64,000 bases of DNA from Paragordius varius (GCA_964247055.1 OZ176053.1:6324001-6388000); one strand, 5' to 3'; positions 50,396 to 63,622 are shown, numbered from the stretch's first letter. Made by a program: numbers and translations. Notes: generated by a model from the letters alone, not told the origin.

Positions 50396-52508
50396 GCAAA
50401 AAGTGAAAATTAAGGGTAATTAAAAAAATAATGAAGACCTTGAGATATTAATATGGTTTATTATTATTTTAGTAGATATTTACAATTTATAAATAGCCGA
50501 AAATGATATAGTTAGGGTTTTATAAAAATTCAGTTCAAAAAATCGCGTTTTTCTATTAATGTACTTAAAAGACAAAAAATTTTTTATGAAACTAAATTAA
50601 AATAATTTTACTAGCTAAACTCACAATTAAAATCTTAATGTTCATATTTGTTTCAGTAAAAATAACTTATATATCGAAAGAAAATAAAAAAATATGGTTA
50701 TTTTTTTGTCATCTGGTTTATGAATGTATAAAAAATTTATTGTTTTTTGGAATCTGTTCATATTTGTTTCAGTAAAAATAACTTATATATCGAAAGAAAA
50801 TGAAAAAAATATGGTTATTTTTTTGTCATCTGGTTTATGAATGTATAAAAAATTTATTGTTTTTTGGAATCTTACATGAGTGGGAATAAAGTGTATAAAT
50901 TTATGCAAAATAGGTATAATAGTGGAATATCAACCAACAATCCGTATAAATCTCTTTAACAACTAATATTTTTACTGCGATGTTTACGGATTTTTGAGTG
51001 ATATTCCTCTACTTGTAATTCCTATTTTGTATTAATTTATATAATTTATAACTCCCGCTCATTTAAGATTCCAAAAAACAGTAACTTTTTTGCACACTTA
51101 TAAACCAGATGACAAAAAAATGAAAAAATAAAAAACAATATTTTTTTAGTTTTATTTTGATATATAAGTTTTTTTTACTGGATAAAATACGCTAGACAAC
51201 AAATTTTAACTTTTTTTAACTGCCATTCTTGTAAATTTAAAATTTATTTCATTAAAATACATAATTAGTATGTCTGAAAAAAAAATTGTAGCATGCAAGA
51301 ATTTTATTATATTAGAGTTTATCGATAATTTTTGGCTCCGATTTAACATTAAACTCGAAATTTCGAAAATTAAATGTTTTAGATATGAAGCCATGTATTT
51401 TATATCATTCGAAAGAGCGCAAAAAACTGCATCTTTTAAATGGTAGTAAGTCATTTAAATCAATCGTATGTAAAAGTTATTTGGATTTAAATGGTCGAAA
51501 TTTTTAATCCTTAAATAAGTCAAGAATTTTCACAGACAAATTTGAAAATCATATAAATCATTTTAATATAATTATTAGTGTTATATTAGTAATTAATAAA
51601 GAAGTAAAGCTTTTGGCTTGATTTTTGATAAAAATTATTATTATCATAAATATTTTACCTAGTGGATACTAAAATGCTTAGTTATAACTGTAAATTTATT
51701 ATATAATGGCTATAAAAGATCAAAAATACCTTAAACTTTGTTTTTAAATGAATTAATATTTATGAGATGGTAATTTTTTAAAAACAAAAAACTTAAAAAT
51801 GGCTGTTTCGAGTGACATAAAAGCAATAAAAAATGTTTTAAGCAAAAAATCTTTCTTGTTTTATCTTTTTTGGATATTCATCACCATCTAAACAAAGTTT
51901 GAGCTATTTTCATCAATTAGTTTAAAAATAAAATAATTAAAAAAATGCTCTTACTTCGCGCGTTTGTCGCTCTTTGTGTCCAATATTAACTGTCGATGTA
52001 ATACATATTAGTATGCATTTTATAGAGTTTTTATTAATCTTTCGAATGATATATTACAAGTGGGCACTACTTGTATATTTACAAAGAAAAACATTTTTTA
52101 GTAAAATTTTGATAAAGAGGGCGCATAATCAAAAAAATCAAATTTTACAAAATTCTTCCATCGAGTTATAATTTTTATTTCAGATTTACTGTTAAAATGA
52201 TACTAGATATCAGAAAATGCAAAAAACTTGAATGGAAAAATTTGTTGTCCAGTGATATGAATGTTAAGATTTTAATGGTGAATTTACCTAGTAAATCAAA
52301 AAAAATATTTTAATATAGTTTCATAAAAAAAATTCTTGTTATTTATGTACGTTCATAGTAAAACGCGATTTTTTGTGAATTTTTATAAAAACCCTAACTA
52401 TATGTTAGGCTATTTAACAATTGTAAATATCCAAATAATAATAAACCATAATATCTCAAGTTCTATCATTTTTATTAACCTTAAGTATCCGTAATTTTCA
52501 CTTTTTGC
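50396..52508. mobile_element. ~2.1-kb element with ~250-bp inverted termini and an internal palindrome
   Basis: 50396-50650 is the reverse complement of ~52255-52508 (e.g. GCAAAAAGTGAAAATTA / TAATTTTCACTTTTTGC; TAGTTAGGGTTTTATAAAAATTC / GAATTTTTATAAAAACCCTAACTA). A 118-bp unit is tandemly duplicated at 50639-50874 and mirrored at ~51060-51190. Confidence 0.6.
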
Positions 52509-52511
52509 CAA

Positions 52512-53531
52512 AAGGCTTGTAACCGGTTCGGAGAAATTAAACCTGAACCGGGGTGCTTACTGGACGGTAGAACCGCAACCGGCCTGTTTCTTAAGAAAGT
52601 AAAAATAAAACAGGATTGGTTTCTAAAATTTTGGAATCATTTTGTTGGTTTTTGAGCAATCGGAACCGGTTCAATTTTGGTTCCTGACTTTTTATTAAAT
52701 GTATCAAAATAACATAATATATATACCAAATCAAAATATTTATTACAAAAATACTCAACTGTTTAAGCACCAAGGTAGGTAATAAGTTTATTAGTGTTAA
52801 CTATCGCATCTATGAAGGAAATCTTTTCAAAAATAATTGTACCAAGTATTTCGGTCGTCAGACTACTTCTCATATCTATATATTTGAATTTAGTGTGAAA
52901 AAGCCATAATATATACAGCTAATGTGACTTTACATAGAATGATTTTAATATTTTAAATCTGTGGCCAGAAAAAATCGTTGTAAGACTGATATATCATATG
53001 TCTCATTTTTTTCCGTAAATATCTATAAACCCTATTATTTATGTTTTTCTTATCAGAATCGTTAATTTATAAGGTAATTAAAAAATTTAACTAAATAATT
53101 ATGTTTATGGTTCTCTTTAAGTGTTAGAGGTATATATATTTAAAAAATGTCCACAAAGTAAATTATTTTTAGTATGCGAGAAAAAATGTTATCATATAAT
53201 AGATTTTTTTAAATAATATTTAAACAACATTAAAATTATGATAGTCATTCCGATTTGATGGAAAACTAGAAAAAATGTTCTTTAATATACATAATAAATA
53301 ATTAAACATAAATTCTATTTATTTAGAATAAAACCATATGAAAACTACTTATTTTGGAGGTTGTACCGAAATCTGGCTTATTCATTGTCGTTTGGAACCA
53401 GAACCGGGCTGGTTATTTCGGATTCGTAATGAAACGGGATAGATTCCTGAATAATCTTGTTTTCTGATGAAGTGGAGAAACGGAACCGGTTTCCGCTAAA
53501 CCCCAGAAACTTGGTCCGGTTTGAAGCCCTG
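52512..53531. mobile_element. Possible hAT-type MITE with AACCGG subterminal clusters
   Basis: Left AAGGCTTGTAACCGG, right end reverse complement CAGGGCTTCAAACCGG. AACCG/CCGGTT clusters at 52520-52690 and 53390-53530. No TSD seen. Confidence 0.4.
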
Positions 53532-53656
53532 ATTTATTTTATCTTAACTACCATATAATTAAACATTACCTAATATAACGTGTTTAGTAAATATAACCCC
53601 TTATTTAAAAATATATCTTTTGAAAATTTGCCCCAAAGCGGAATTAGTATAGAACC

Positions 53657-53693
<37 letters not shown>

Positions 53694-53694
<1 letters not shown>

Positions 53695-54130
53695 TAGCGT
53701 AAATCTAGTGATTATACGCAGCCCGAGGAAATCCTCCGAACTTCTGGGGGGGTTTAAAAAAGGGACAATATGATCCACATATGTGGATTATTTCGAAACA
53801 TTATTTAATAGAATTTCAAAATGGTGCATTCATACTAATATATTGTTTACTTGGGCGAAAAATAGATTCAAAAAATTATTTTTGTGAACTTTGTTTTTTG
53901 AAAAAAATGGCATACGGGGGAAGCGGGTAAAAAGAGGGCCTAAATTAAATAAGCCAGATTACTATGTTCGGCGCAATCGAAAATAAGTAAACAAAAATCA
54001 TACTGGGGGCCTAATTTAAAAAAAGGCGAAGCTATAGTCGGGGCATTGAATAATGATTATTTTTTTCGATATTTGGATTTGAATGGGTTTACCGGTTTTC
54101 CGGAAAAAGATCACAAAGCCAGCATTTTCC

Positions 54131-54140
<10 letters not shown>
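53694..54140 (-). mobile_element. Non-autonomous Helitron copy flanked by (TA)n on both sides
   Basis: CTAG at 53694-53697 followed by CGTAAATCT...GCAGCCCGAGG, and family 5' sequence GATCACAAAGCCAGCATTTTCC at 54109-54130. The 5' TC terminus is obscured by the TA run. Confidence 0.8.
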
Positions 54141-54174
<34 letters not shown>

Positions 54175-54611
54175 CTATTCAATTTAATGTGGAAACATCT
54201 ATGATCTCAGTCTTTTATTTAGATAGCCGAGAGTATTTGAATATTATGGTCATTTCGGCTATTGGACCTAGCGTTTGGGCATAAAAACCCTAGATCAAAA
54301 AGTGGATAGATTTTTTTCTGCATCGAATTGTATAAGAATATTTAAAATAATATATATTAAATGTTTCGTAAAAATCATACGCTACTACGGCTGTTCAAAT
54401 CTCCAAAAAAATTTTAAATAATTTTTTAACGCGATATATTGGGTAAACTTAGATAAAAATATTTTTTTTACTGCATATGAAATAAGTTTTATTTAATTTG
54501 GCTCCAAATGATTTTTTAGCTAGTATCCTGTAAATATGTCAAAGTCCGTCAGGAATATTCCAATATTTTCTGTTAGGGATTTTCCTTATAATATATATAT
54601 ATATATATATC

Positions 54612-54873
54612 CAGTAAAAAAAATTATACGGACAAAACGTAAAATAATGACAAATATTTTTTTTTAAAGATAACATTTTTTTAAACCTTAATTTTTCTTA
54701 TTTAAATTATGAAACTACAAAAAAAAAGATTTTACCGATATCCATATCAATTTCGGAGTTTGCAGTTTAAAAACCATGAGTTATATTTAAAAAAAATCAA
54801 GATTCAAAAAGTATGGTTGTCTTTTATAAAAAATATTTGTCTTTATTTTTGTCCGTATAATTTCAGTTTTTAC
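54612..54873. mobile_element. Palindromic MITE, best copy of an abundant intronic family
   Basis: Perfect 17-bp IR AAATTATACGGACAAAA (54621) / TTTTGTCCGTATAATTT (54847-54863). Related copies carrying AAAGTATGGTTGTCTT / AAGACAACCATA at ~25955-26190, 27345-27595, 34515-34770, 37585-37815 and 40150-40400. Confidence 0.65.
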
Positions 54874-55072
54874 TTATATTAATGGAATTTAGTTGGCGGA
54901 TTTCTTTTCTTGAAATATATTTTATTCGATGTGCGATAAAAATGCAATTTTTGATTCATAATCGCAGAAAAATTAATTTTTTTTAAATATTTTATGCGTA
55001 TTATTGCCTATTCATTATCTGACGCTTTCAAATATGTAATTGATAAACAATATTTTTTTCTGAGTACTGTGA

Positions 55073-55371
55073 TATACCATTTACAGTTCAAATTTACCCT
55101 TTCATTTCAAATTCACCCTGATTAAAATTCACCCTTGAACAAATCAAAATCACCCTAAAAATAGATTGTTGAACTAATATACATTATTAATATGAAATTT
55201 ATCAATATGGCATAGTTTATTATCTTAAAAAATATAAAACATAGGTAATTTTTAATCTTATAAAACATTCAATTTTTTTGAGGGTGAATTTGTATTGTTC
55301 GAGAGTGAATTTGAATTGTTCGAGGGTGAACCTGAATTGTTTAAGAGTGAATTTGAATTGTAATTGGTATA
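55073..55371. mobile_element. Foldback element, second subfamily (21-bp unit GAGGGTGAATTTGAATTGTTC)
   Basis: Ends TATACCATTTACAGTTCAAATT / AATTTGAATTGTAATTGGTATA; about four 21-bp units per arm in inverted orientation. Confidence 0.75.
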
Positions 55372-55411
55372 AAAGCATTTGCAAGTTCTAATTTATTTAT
55401 TTAATATCGTA

Positions 55412-56638
55412 TTAAAAGTGTATTTTGTGCAAATATTCAGCCAATGTTAATAAATATTTTTTACAGCTGTTGTATAAATTTTTATCAATCAAAATAAATC
55501 CAACTACCAAAAAACTGTATTCTAATAATTCTACTATAGAAAATACGTTATAATTTGGTGGTATAATAATGCTGTTAACGGTTACAGATTTATGTTTAAA
55601 TAAAAAGAGTGTATCATATACAAATTTTGGCACTATAATTAATATGTAGAAAATCATTAACAATAAAATTAACATTGTTTTTTTAATAGCTTTATCCCAT
55701 ATAGTTAGGGAATGGTTGATACCATTGAAGCAAGTAGTATTTGGTTGAATGTTACTCTTAGGTGCACTTGTAAAAAGTATTGCGTTGAAAACTAAATGTG
55801 TAAGAGTAGTACCTTTTGACATTTGTACTGGTCCGAATTCGTTTGTGCTTTGCGTAGGCTCTTGAAAAAAATGTAGTGAATGGATACCAGGACTTGGGGT
55901 GATGTTTAATGGATTAGAGGATTGCTGATTTGGGTGTACTTGCTGTTGATTAAGTTTTTTCCGTATAAGGACACGAAGGAGTGATATTTTCAAATAAAAG
56001 ACTAAGGAAATGAATGTAGTTATGAGAATGATATTGTAAACCAAAAAATATGTTGCAACATTTGGTATAAAAACAGTTACAAACTCGCAATACTTTTGTC
56101 CAGTTTTGCTACAAACAGATGTAATTTGTCTAAACAACATAATTACCGGTGTATTGAGAACCAAAATAACGAACGTATTAAGGTAAGGGATATATTTATA
56201 GATAGAACTTTCACGCATAATATCGATGGAGTGACATCGTTTGACACATTGCAATCGATCCCAAAAATAGTAAAGTTTACAGAACATATTCATTTTAAAT
56301 ATTGAGGTTATAGCTAAAAACGATATTTTTCTAACATATAAAAAAGCTTGACAGGAACTTAGTGTAATCCATTGAATTGCAATGACGGAATCAAACAAAA
56401 TTATAAAGGAAAATACAAGGAAAGCCCAATTATAGTAGCAAGTCCACTTAAGAAAATAATAGGAATCAATCTTTTTGATGACATTTTGATCCTTTAGTAG
56501 TTTGTAAAATAGGCTTGTAAAAATGAAGCCCATAGTAATGAGAAATAGTTTAATCAAACTGTATATCACAATTAATTTATGTTCATAGGTGCTTAGAATA
56601 TAGGGGGAAGCGCCTGCTATTTGCGAACTATTTGCCAT
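55412..56638 (-). CDS. Intronless 408-aa seven-transmembrane protein, divergent class-A-like orphan GPCR
   Basis: Uninterrupted long ORF in AT-rich DNA with seven hydrophobic segments, Cys at the start of TM3, DR at its end (WDRL), Cys residues in ECL2, a long polar ICL3, and Pro in TM6 (IIVPKF). Confidence 0.75.
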   Translation of the reverse strand: MANSSQIAGASPYILSTYEHKLIVIYSLIKLFLITMGFIFTSLFYKLLKDQNVIKKIDSYYFLKWTCYYNWAFLVFSFIILFDSVIAIQWITLSSCQAFLYVRKISFLAITSIFKMNMFCKLYYFWDRLQCVKRCHSIDIMRESSIYKYIPYLNTFVILVLNTPVIMLFRQITSVCSKTGQKYCEFVTVFIPNVATYFLVYNIILITTFISLVFYLKISLLRVLIRKKLNQQQVHPNQQSSNPLNITPSPGIHSLHFFQEPTQSTNEFGPVQMSKGTTLTHLVFNAILFTSAPKSNIQPNTTCFNGINHSLTIWDKAIKKTMLILLLMIFYILIIVPKFVYDTLFLFKHKSVTVNSIIIPPNYNVFSIVELLEYSFLVVGFILIDKNLYNSCKKYLLTLAEYLHKIHF

Positions 56639-57619
56639 ATTAGATAAAACAAATCAAAATTTAATAATTTTTAAATTGTGAAAATGTTCTGCATCACCCA
56701 TGAATGATGTTAACAAAATTTTATATACATAACAACTAATGATATATTTTAAAATAAACAAATTAATTATTAATGAATCTATTAATAAAATTTTTTTTAT
56801 CACGTTCTCTCCATATATTTCAATGGCCTACCCATTAATTCAATCTATTAATTACCAGTTTTCAGAGTTAACAACTTAGCAATCTAAACTAGAAAATCGG
56901 GAATAATCAAAAATATCCGGACCCTGTTAAACCATAAAATTATTGATTTAGGGCTGACGAATCATTTAAGTTCTATCAAATTTTTTTGCGTTATTTAAAA
57001 TATAAAGTTCTAATTTTAGTTAAATAGCCGAATTCGCTAAAATCTTTTAGTTATTGATTTATACTTAAAGACAAAACAATATTATCTATATGAACTCCAA
57101 AAATCTTACATTTTCGAACGGAAAAATGGGCATTTTTTAAAATAAATGAAAAAAAGGTAAGACACCATAAGATATGCTATCAAAATTATTTCATATAAAA
57201 ATTCATACTTAATATATTAAATGCACATCGTACTATTTAATAAACATCATGATTTCCTCATAATTAGATGCCACTAAAGATTAATGTAACCTCGGATTTT
57301 CCAAATACTTAAAAACTATCCAACAAATATGATAAGTCCTTTCTAGGAAAAATATGTTTTCTGCGATTAAGTCAAAAAACTGGTTAATTTTAACCGGTTC
57401 AAATCTAAAACTTTTGGACTTATCTAAAAATCTATGTTTGTGTAACATAAAAATTAGACAACAACCCAAATGACACATATATTGGTATATAATTAAGTGT
57501 CTAAATATTTAAACAAATTATATTACGACATAGACTATTTATTTACAAACTTGTAAATAATATTCGTGCGGATTATAAGTTTTCAATATCTATATTAAGG
57601 TTTTATTTTTCTAACTATA

Positions 57620-58400
57620 TAATTGTCCACACCTGTAATTTCGATTTCCATTCTTATTTTTGATTGAGGTCTACATCTTTTTGTTAAAAGCTTTTTAAAC
57701 CGTGTTGGATGATCAATTATTTATTTATCGATTCGATTACTTCATTTTTGATCTTTTAGGTCAGATATATCCAACACGCAACCCGCAAAAATTTTGAAAT
57801 CCATAATTTGCAAAAATATGCTAATAAAATCTCACTAAAAATGATATTTCAAAAACAAATTATTAGAATAACTATATCCAATTGGCAACGAACAGAAAAA
57901 ATTGGTTATCTCGTGTTTGCATTTTATCTTCTTATGTTTAAAATGTAATACAATATTTATTGATGTCGTATATTTCAAACGCGGCCCGCCGGATTTTTGA
58001 ATTAAAATACGGTCCGGAAGCCATTTGTGTTGAACACATGTGTTTTTAGGCCATTGTTTTATATGTTTCTGTGACCTATCACCAAGCTTTATAGTATAAT
58101 GGCCTAACTTTCTCAAGTTTGTATTAAATCTTTTACCTAATCTCCTTATAATAATTTCTTTTATTACACACATATTGAGATACAATGGCATCTTCAACTA
58201 TCCTTTTGTGCCCTATTATTTACATTTTAAACTAATTGAATTTGCAATCAAGGTAGAAAATCATTATTCTCCTATAAATATTTTAGAGTCATCTAATGAG
58301 AAGTTGATTATTCTCGTAATAAAATCCATCGAGCTTAGTGATAAATCTAAAAATGATGAACCCAAAGATTGTCATTTATTGTCTTACTGCTTAGCAATAG
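57620..58400 (-). mobile_element. Highly degraded LINE (RTE-like) 3' remnant
   Basis: Faint, frameshifted similarity only: VFNTNGFRTVF (cf. VFERKCLRRIL) and KRCRPQ (cf. KRxRGRP). Confidence 0.3.
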
Positions 58401-60699
58401 ATTAAAAGTCTAGTAGAAAATCAACATTATTGGAATAATAGGCATGGGGGATGACATAATATATAAGAAATGGAACATTATAAATGGTATCAGACAGACA
58501 AAAGAGAGGAAAGAAAAATGAAATATTTAAACTACTTAATATTAAATTTTTTGGATCTATATGTTTGTTACTATTTTAGTTTATACAAATACTATTTTTA
58601 ACAAGTATCGATCGAAATTAATAGATAGACATTAAAAACTATACCAGCAAATTGATTAAAACCATATGTATCAAAATAAAAACCGTAGTGACTAAGTCAC
58701 CGGATCAAATAATTTTTTGTTTGACACCCTTGTTAACATTTTTAAGTCAAATAAATAATGTACGATTTTTGGGAAATAATATATACAAAAATAATTAATA
58801 ATCTCTATATTGGGCCATTCAACATCTATTATCATGATACGCAAGTTTTTTAACCTGATTAAGCACCATTTATTAGAATGATCATTATTACCACTCACCC
58901 TTTGGAGTAATTTTATATCCCAAAGCGATTTATTTGAATAGCTTAAAAAAATTTAAGGTATTACGTCGAATTTAAAAATATACCTTTAGTCTTTAAGGCG
59001 CATTATAAAAAATTCTTCAAAAAAATGTACAATAATTGTAAAAAATCCTCATACATTTTTGCCGCCATTTTTTTCTATTAAATTTTTTAATTCACTAATG
59101 CAACAGCAAATAAATTAATATTATGGTTAGTTGTAAATAATTAAAAAAACTTTTAGGCTACATTTTACCAGCAACTTGAATTTTGAATAACATGCTGTTT
59201 GTTTCCATAGTGTTTTGGAGATCTCCCAATAGACGCTAGAAGTCACAATTCAAATACTAAAAGCCATTTTATCTTATACATGAGAACAATGTGTGATAAT
59301 TAAATTTTAACCTAAATAAATCTCAAAACTGTATTTTCTTCACCAAATTGAGCTCTGAGATAAGAAAAATACCCCAATATGTAAACTAGGACAAAAAATT
59401 GAAGAGGTTATGAAGTGTTAATACTTTATAACCTTTTTTTGTGGACGTTTACGTTTTGAGACAGTTTTATACCATAGAGATAAAATTGGTTAATAAAGTA
59501 CTGTGAAAGTTGTTTTGGTTATAGTTTATTTTTTACAGTTTTCTAACTTAAGTCCCAAATTCAAGTAACTCCACAACGCGATTAAAACATGCAACTGATA
59601 TTAAAATCAATATATGATGCTAAGATGTAATTAAAATTCAAGTTAATTATTTATGTTTTTCAACAACCATAAATACATTTATTTGCCTGTTGTAGTAGCG
59701 TTTTAAAAAATATATATAAAAATGGCGGAAAAAATTGAAATAAGGATTTTTAACAATTTTTTCTGTTTAATTTTTTTAGAGCATGTGCTTAAAAGTTTTA
59801 ATAAAGCATATTTTTAATTTGCAACACTTTAATACATTTTAAAATATATATTTAAATTTAAATAGCTCTGGAGTATAAAACTGACTTAAGAGGAAATGTA
59901 GTGCTAAAATGCATAAAATAATACATAAAATTATTTAATAAATTTAGTTTTAGAAAAAACAAAATTCTGGTGGTTAAATGTTTTTACCTAGTTATTTGTC
60001 AATACCATGAATTTAATAAACACCATTAATAATTAATTATGTAACCCTAATATTAAAGCTATATTTAATTAAAAAAATATATTTTTGGAGGAATGAGATG
60101 GCATTTGATTGCCGCAAGTTTTTCAAAGTGAATCGTATATAAAACATAAAAAATTTATAAGCATGATTAAAAATGTTTATTTTTAAATGTGATAATGAGC
60201 ATTAAATAAACCAAAATATCGCGAATTCGCAGAACTAATCATTTAAATTTTTGTCTTATTAACTATAATACATATATGACACAAATATCACCTTTAAATT
60301 TAAATATAGGTATGCGTGCTCCGATTTTCTATCGGTTTTAAATTCATTAGCTACGATAATGTACAGTATATAAAATTCTTTACCATGCTTTAAAAGAATT
60401 AATTTTTGAATATTTTCAGGAATCGCAAAACTGCTTTTCAAAGTTATTGTTTAAAACGTAAAGGGTTTAGTGTATTATAATCGCAGAAATCAGATAAGAA
60501 ATAAATTTATTTGAGTGTATTATCTAAACAGTAGTTTAATCGTGTAAAATATTTTTACCATAAATTTGGAAAAATAATACCTGGAGTTATCTTATAAGCT
60601 CGTTTCTCATTAAATTTGATGAGGCTATTTCAGCGTAAATCCCAAAATTATTTTCACATATTTTATAAATATAATAAAATGAAATTTATAACTGTTTTA

Positions 60700-61250
60700 G
60701 ATATTTCTTGCGGAATTGCAGACTTTTAATGAACCACGGATGAAATTTGTTTTTGACCCGGACACTCGACCACCAATTTTTACCTTTTACAGTCTGTAAC
60801 TCTACCTTAATACCATAGGGTTAATTTAAAAATAATTTTTGCCAGTATAATTTCTCCTCAGATAAAGTTGGGCTTTCACCGTAAATATATTCAAGGCAAA
60901 CGGTGAAGTGACATTCCCGATTTCCCAATAAGTATATATCGCTATTTGCTAAATGATTCACAAAAAGCCGATTGGCAAAGGTGACAAACGGGGTCGTTTT
61001 TCAACACGAGAAAAAATGCTTATTTACAGTTTTCCTTTGACAAAGCGTTTCAACCATTGTTAATATAATAATACGGAACAATACCTTTTTACACTCATCA
61101 AAGAAATCAATTCGGATTGACGTCCGCCTTTTCTAAGATTTATAGACACACCTTTGTGATTAATGCTGTTAGTGTTGTTATTTGGATGATGTTATAGTCT
61201 AAGGTCCTAGAGTGGTACATAATTAGATACTGAAGGTTGGTTAAAGCAGG
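60700..61250 (-). mobile_element. Highly degraded LINE reverse-transcriptase remnant
   Basis: INLRKGGRQSELISL resembles the RT motif KGVRQGDxISP, followed by HLANSDIYL (cf. HLRFADDIVL). Confidence 0.35.
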
Positions 61251-62748
61251 TTACAAAAAGCTGTTTTGGATTGCACAAATATATACTGTTAGCAATTAAT
61301 TTATTATGTAGGTAATGAAACATTCAATGATAAATTAGAACACAAAAATGTCTCGTACATTTAAATAAAATCATTTGATAAATAAATAATTTTGATTATT
61401 TTTTTAAATTTTAACCCAGATCTTAGTAACTTAAAGTTAAGCGCGCAGAAATTTGCTTAGTAGTGTACACACGTGAGAATAAATTCAGAGAAGCAAAAGT
61501 TTATCGAGCCCCAGATATTGATGCCTATAATAATCGGCCTAAATATCAATATAGATGCCTTTAACAAGGGGTTGAACAATATATCGCTGAAATATGTAAG
61601 GGAAAGCGCTCAATTTTTTACATTTTACTAAAGTGTTCACTAGCTGCAAAGTGTTTTAAATCGGAAAATTATACTCATGCACGTGCACAGTGCACAAAAT
61701 CGGGAGGGGGGAGTATAAAAAATTTCTAATGAAATATAAATATTTTGACAGATAAGTGTATCAGTATTTTCATGCTGCTTTTAGTTTTGATCTACTAGTG
61801 ATATAGGAAAATATTTATACTGTTAACTGCCCCATTTTGAAATGTAAACTTTGAGCCTATTATGCTAATTTTTTGATGAAAGCTAAATGCTTTATTCCAA
61901 AAAATATTAATATATATCAAAAAGTCAAACCAATATTTTTAATTGTAAATTTAAAATGTGGCAAGGTCTCAAATTTTGGCCTCCTCAGATTTAAATAACC
62001 CAAAAAGCCGTAATTTTAAGGTAAAATTTATTTGGGTTTAATTATGACATCAAAAAAATTTTGTAAAAACGAATCTGTTAAAAAAAATTTAACAAAATTT
62101 TGATAATCGTATTTTATGGTATTTTGGAGCATAGTAAAAACGGTAGAAAAACACTTTAATACATTAATAACACTTTTCTATATTATTCAATGACGTAAAT
62201 TCTATTACCTCAAAATTTTGAATAAAACATTGGTTCGTCTAAAACAGGTCTTTATCTTAAAAATTACGATGGCCGCATTCTAAATATCTATGGATTTTCA
62301 TAAAAAATTTATTACATTTCAAACATAAGACATCAAAAAGAAAACGGAATGCAACATTTTTTCTCGTTCTTGCTGTTTGGAGAGATTTATGTAGAAAAAA
62401 TTGTCTAGGGAATATTAATTTTATCAATATTAACACATTCTTGCAAATTATTGACTCCAAATTTTACGCGGGCAGCGAGAAAGTCTTGGAGGGCGGCGTG
62501 TAAGCCACCTCTGGTCTAGAAAAATAAGAACTTTTTTTGTGATTTTCACATATAACTAAATGAAGTCGGAAAAATCATTTATTTTAAATTTTGAGGTGAT
62601 TAAGCACTATAAAATTATATGGCAAATTGTTTATCTTACGTTAACGTTTGGGGTAGTGCACCCCAGAGCAATCGAAAATTTGAACTTATAAAATATTAAG
62701 GCATTGGGTCGAATTCTATTACATGCTTTTACCTTTTTAGGCGCATAA

Positions 62749-63622
62749 TCTATATATTTATAAAAATGGAAAATGCTGGCTTTGTGATCTGGTACAGGAA
62801 AACCGGTAGACCCAATCAAATCCAAATATCGAAAAAATATAATCATTAATAAATGTCCCGACAATAGCTTCGCCCTTTTTTTTAAATAGGCCCCAGTTCG
62901 GGCCCACCCCGTATGAAAAACGGGTTTTTTTTGAAAACAGAAGTCCACAAAAATCGTGTCTTTGAGACAATTTTCTGGAGAACATGTTGGACCATTCAAT
63001 TTCAAATATAATTTTTGTTTACTTATTTTCGATTGCGCCGAACATAGTCGAGCCACTTTTTTGATTTAGGCCCTCTTTTTACCCGCTACCCCCGTAAAAT
63101 GCCATTTTTTTCAAAAAACAAAGTCCACAAAAATAATTTTTCGCCCTAGGTATGAGACCGTAAAAATTCAATATGGATTCCACGTCCAGTCAAGCGTTTC
63201 TATGATGATAGCTGCAGGGTAAGGAGCTACCCGCTAAAAACTGATTTTTCATGTAACTTTGTGATCTGTTTCCGGAAAACCGGTGAACCCAATCAAATTC
63301 AAATATCGAAAAAATATAATCATTAATGAATGCCCCGACAATAGCTTCGCCCTTTTTTGGAATTAGGTCCCCAGTTCGGGCCCACCCCGTGCGAAAAATG
63401 GGTTAAGTCAATTTTCCGGAGAACATGTTGGACCATTCAACTTCAAATATGATTTTTGTTTACTTATTTTTGATCGCGCCGAACATAGTCGTCTCGCTTT
63501 TTTAATTTAGTCCCACTTTTTGCCCGCTCTCCCCGTAAAATGCCATTACCCCCCCCCCCCCCCCCCCCCCAGAAGTCCGAAGGACTTCCTCGGGCTGCGT
63601 AGCAGCACAAGATTTACGCTAG
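62749..63622 (+). mobile_element. Non-autonomous Helitron, longest copy
   Basis: A|TCTATATATTTATAAAAATGGAAAATGCTGG ... poly-C, GAAGTCCGAAGGACTTC, CTCGGGCTGCGTAGCAGCACAAG, ATTTACGCTAG|T. The internal module is repeated with a ~479-bp period. Confidence 0.88.

Noticed and set aside
61686-61720. CACAGTG heptamer followed by a G-rich tract, like a Transib TIR or RSS
   Set aside because: No matching inverted terminus or TSD was found in the window.
62631-63056. ORFs in the GC-richer repeat (also 49533-49825, 49848-50135, 62758-62985) as captured genes
   Set aside because: They fall in Helitron internal modules, frames differ between copies, and no protein family is recognisable.
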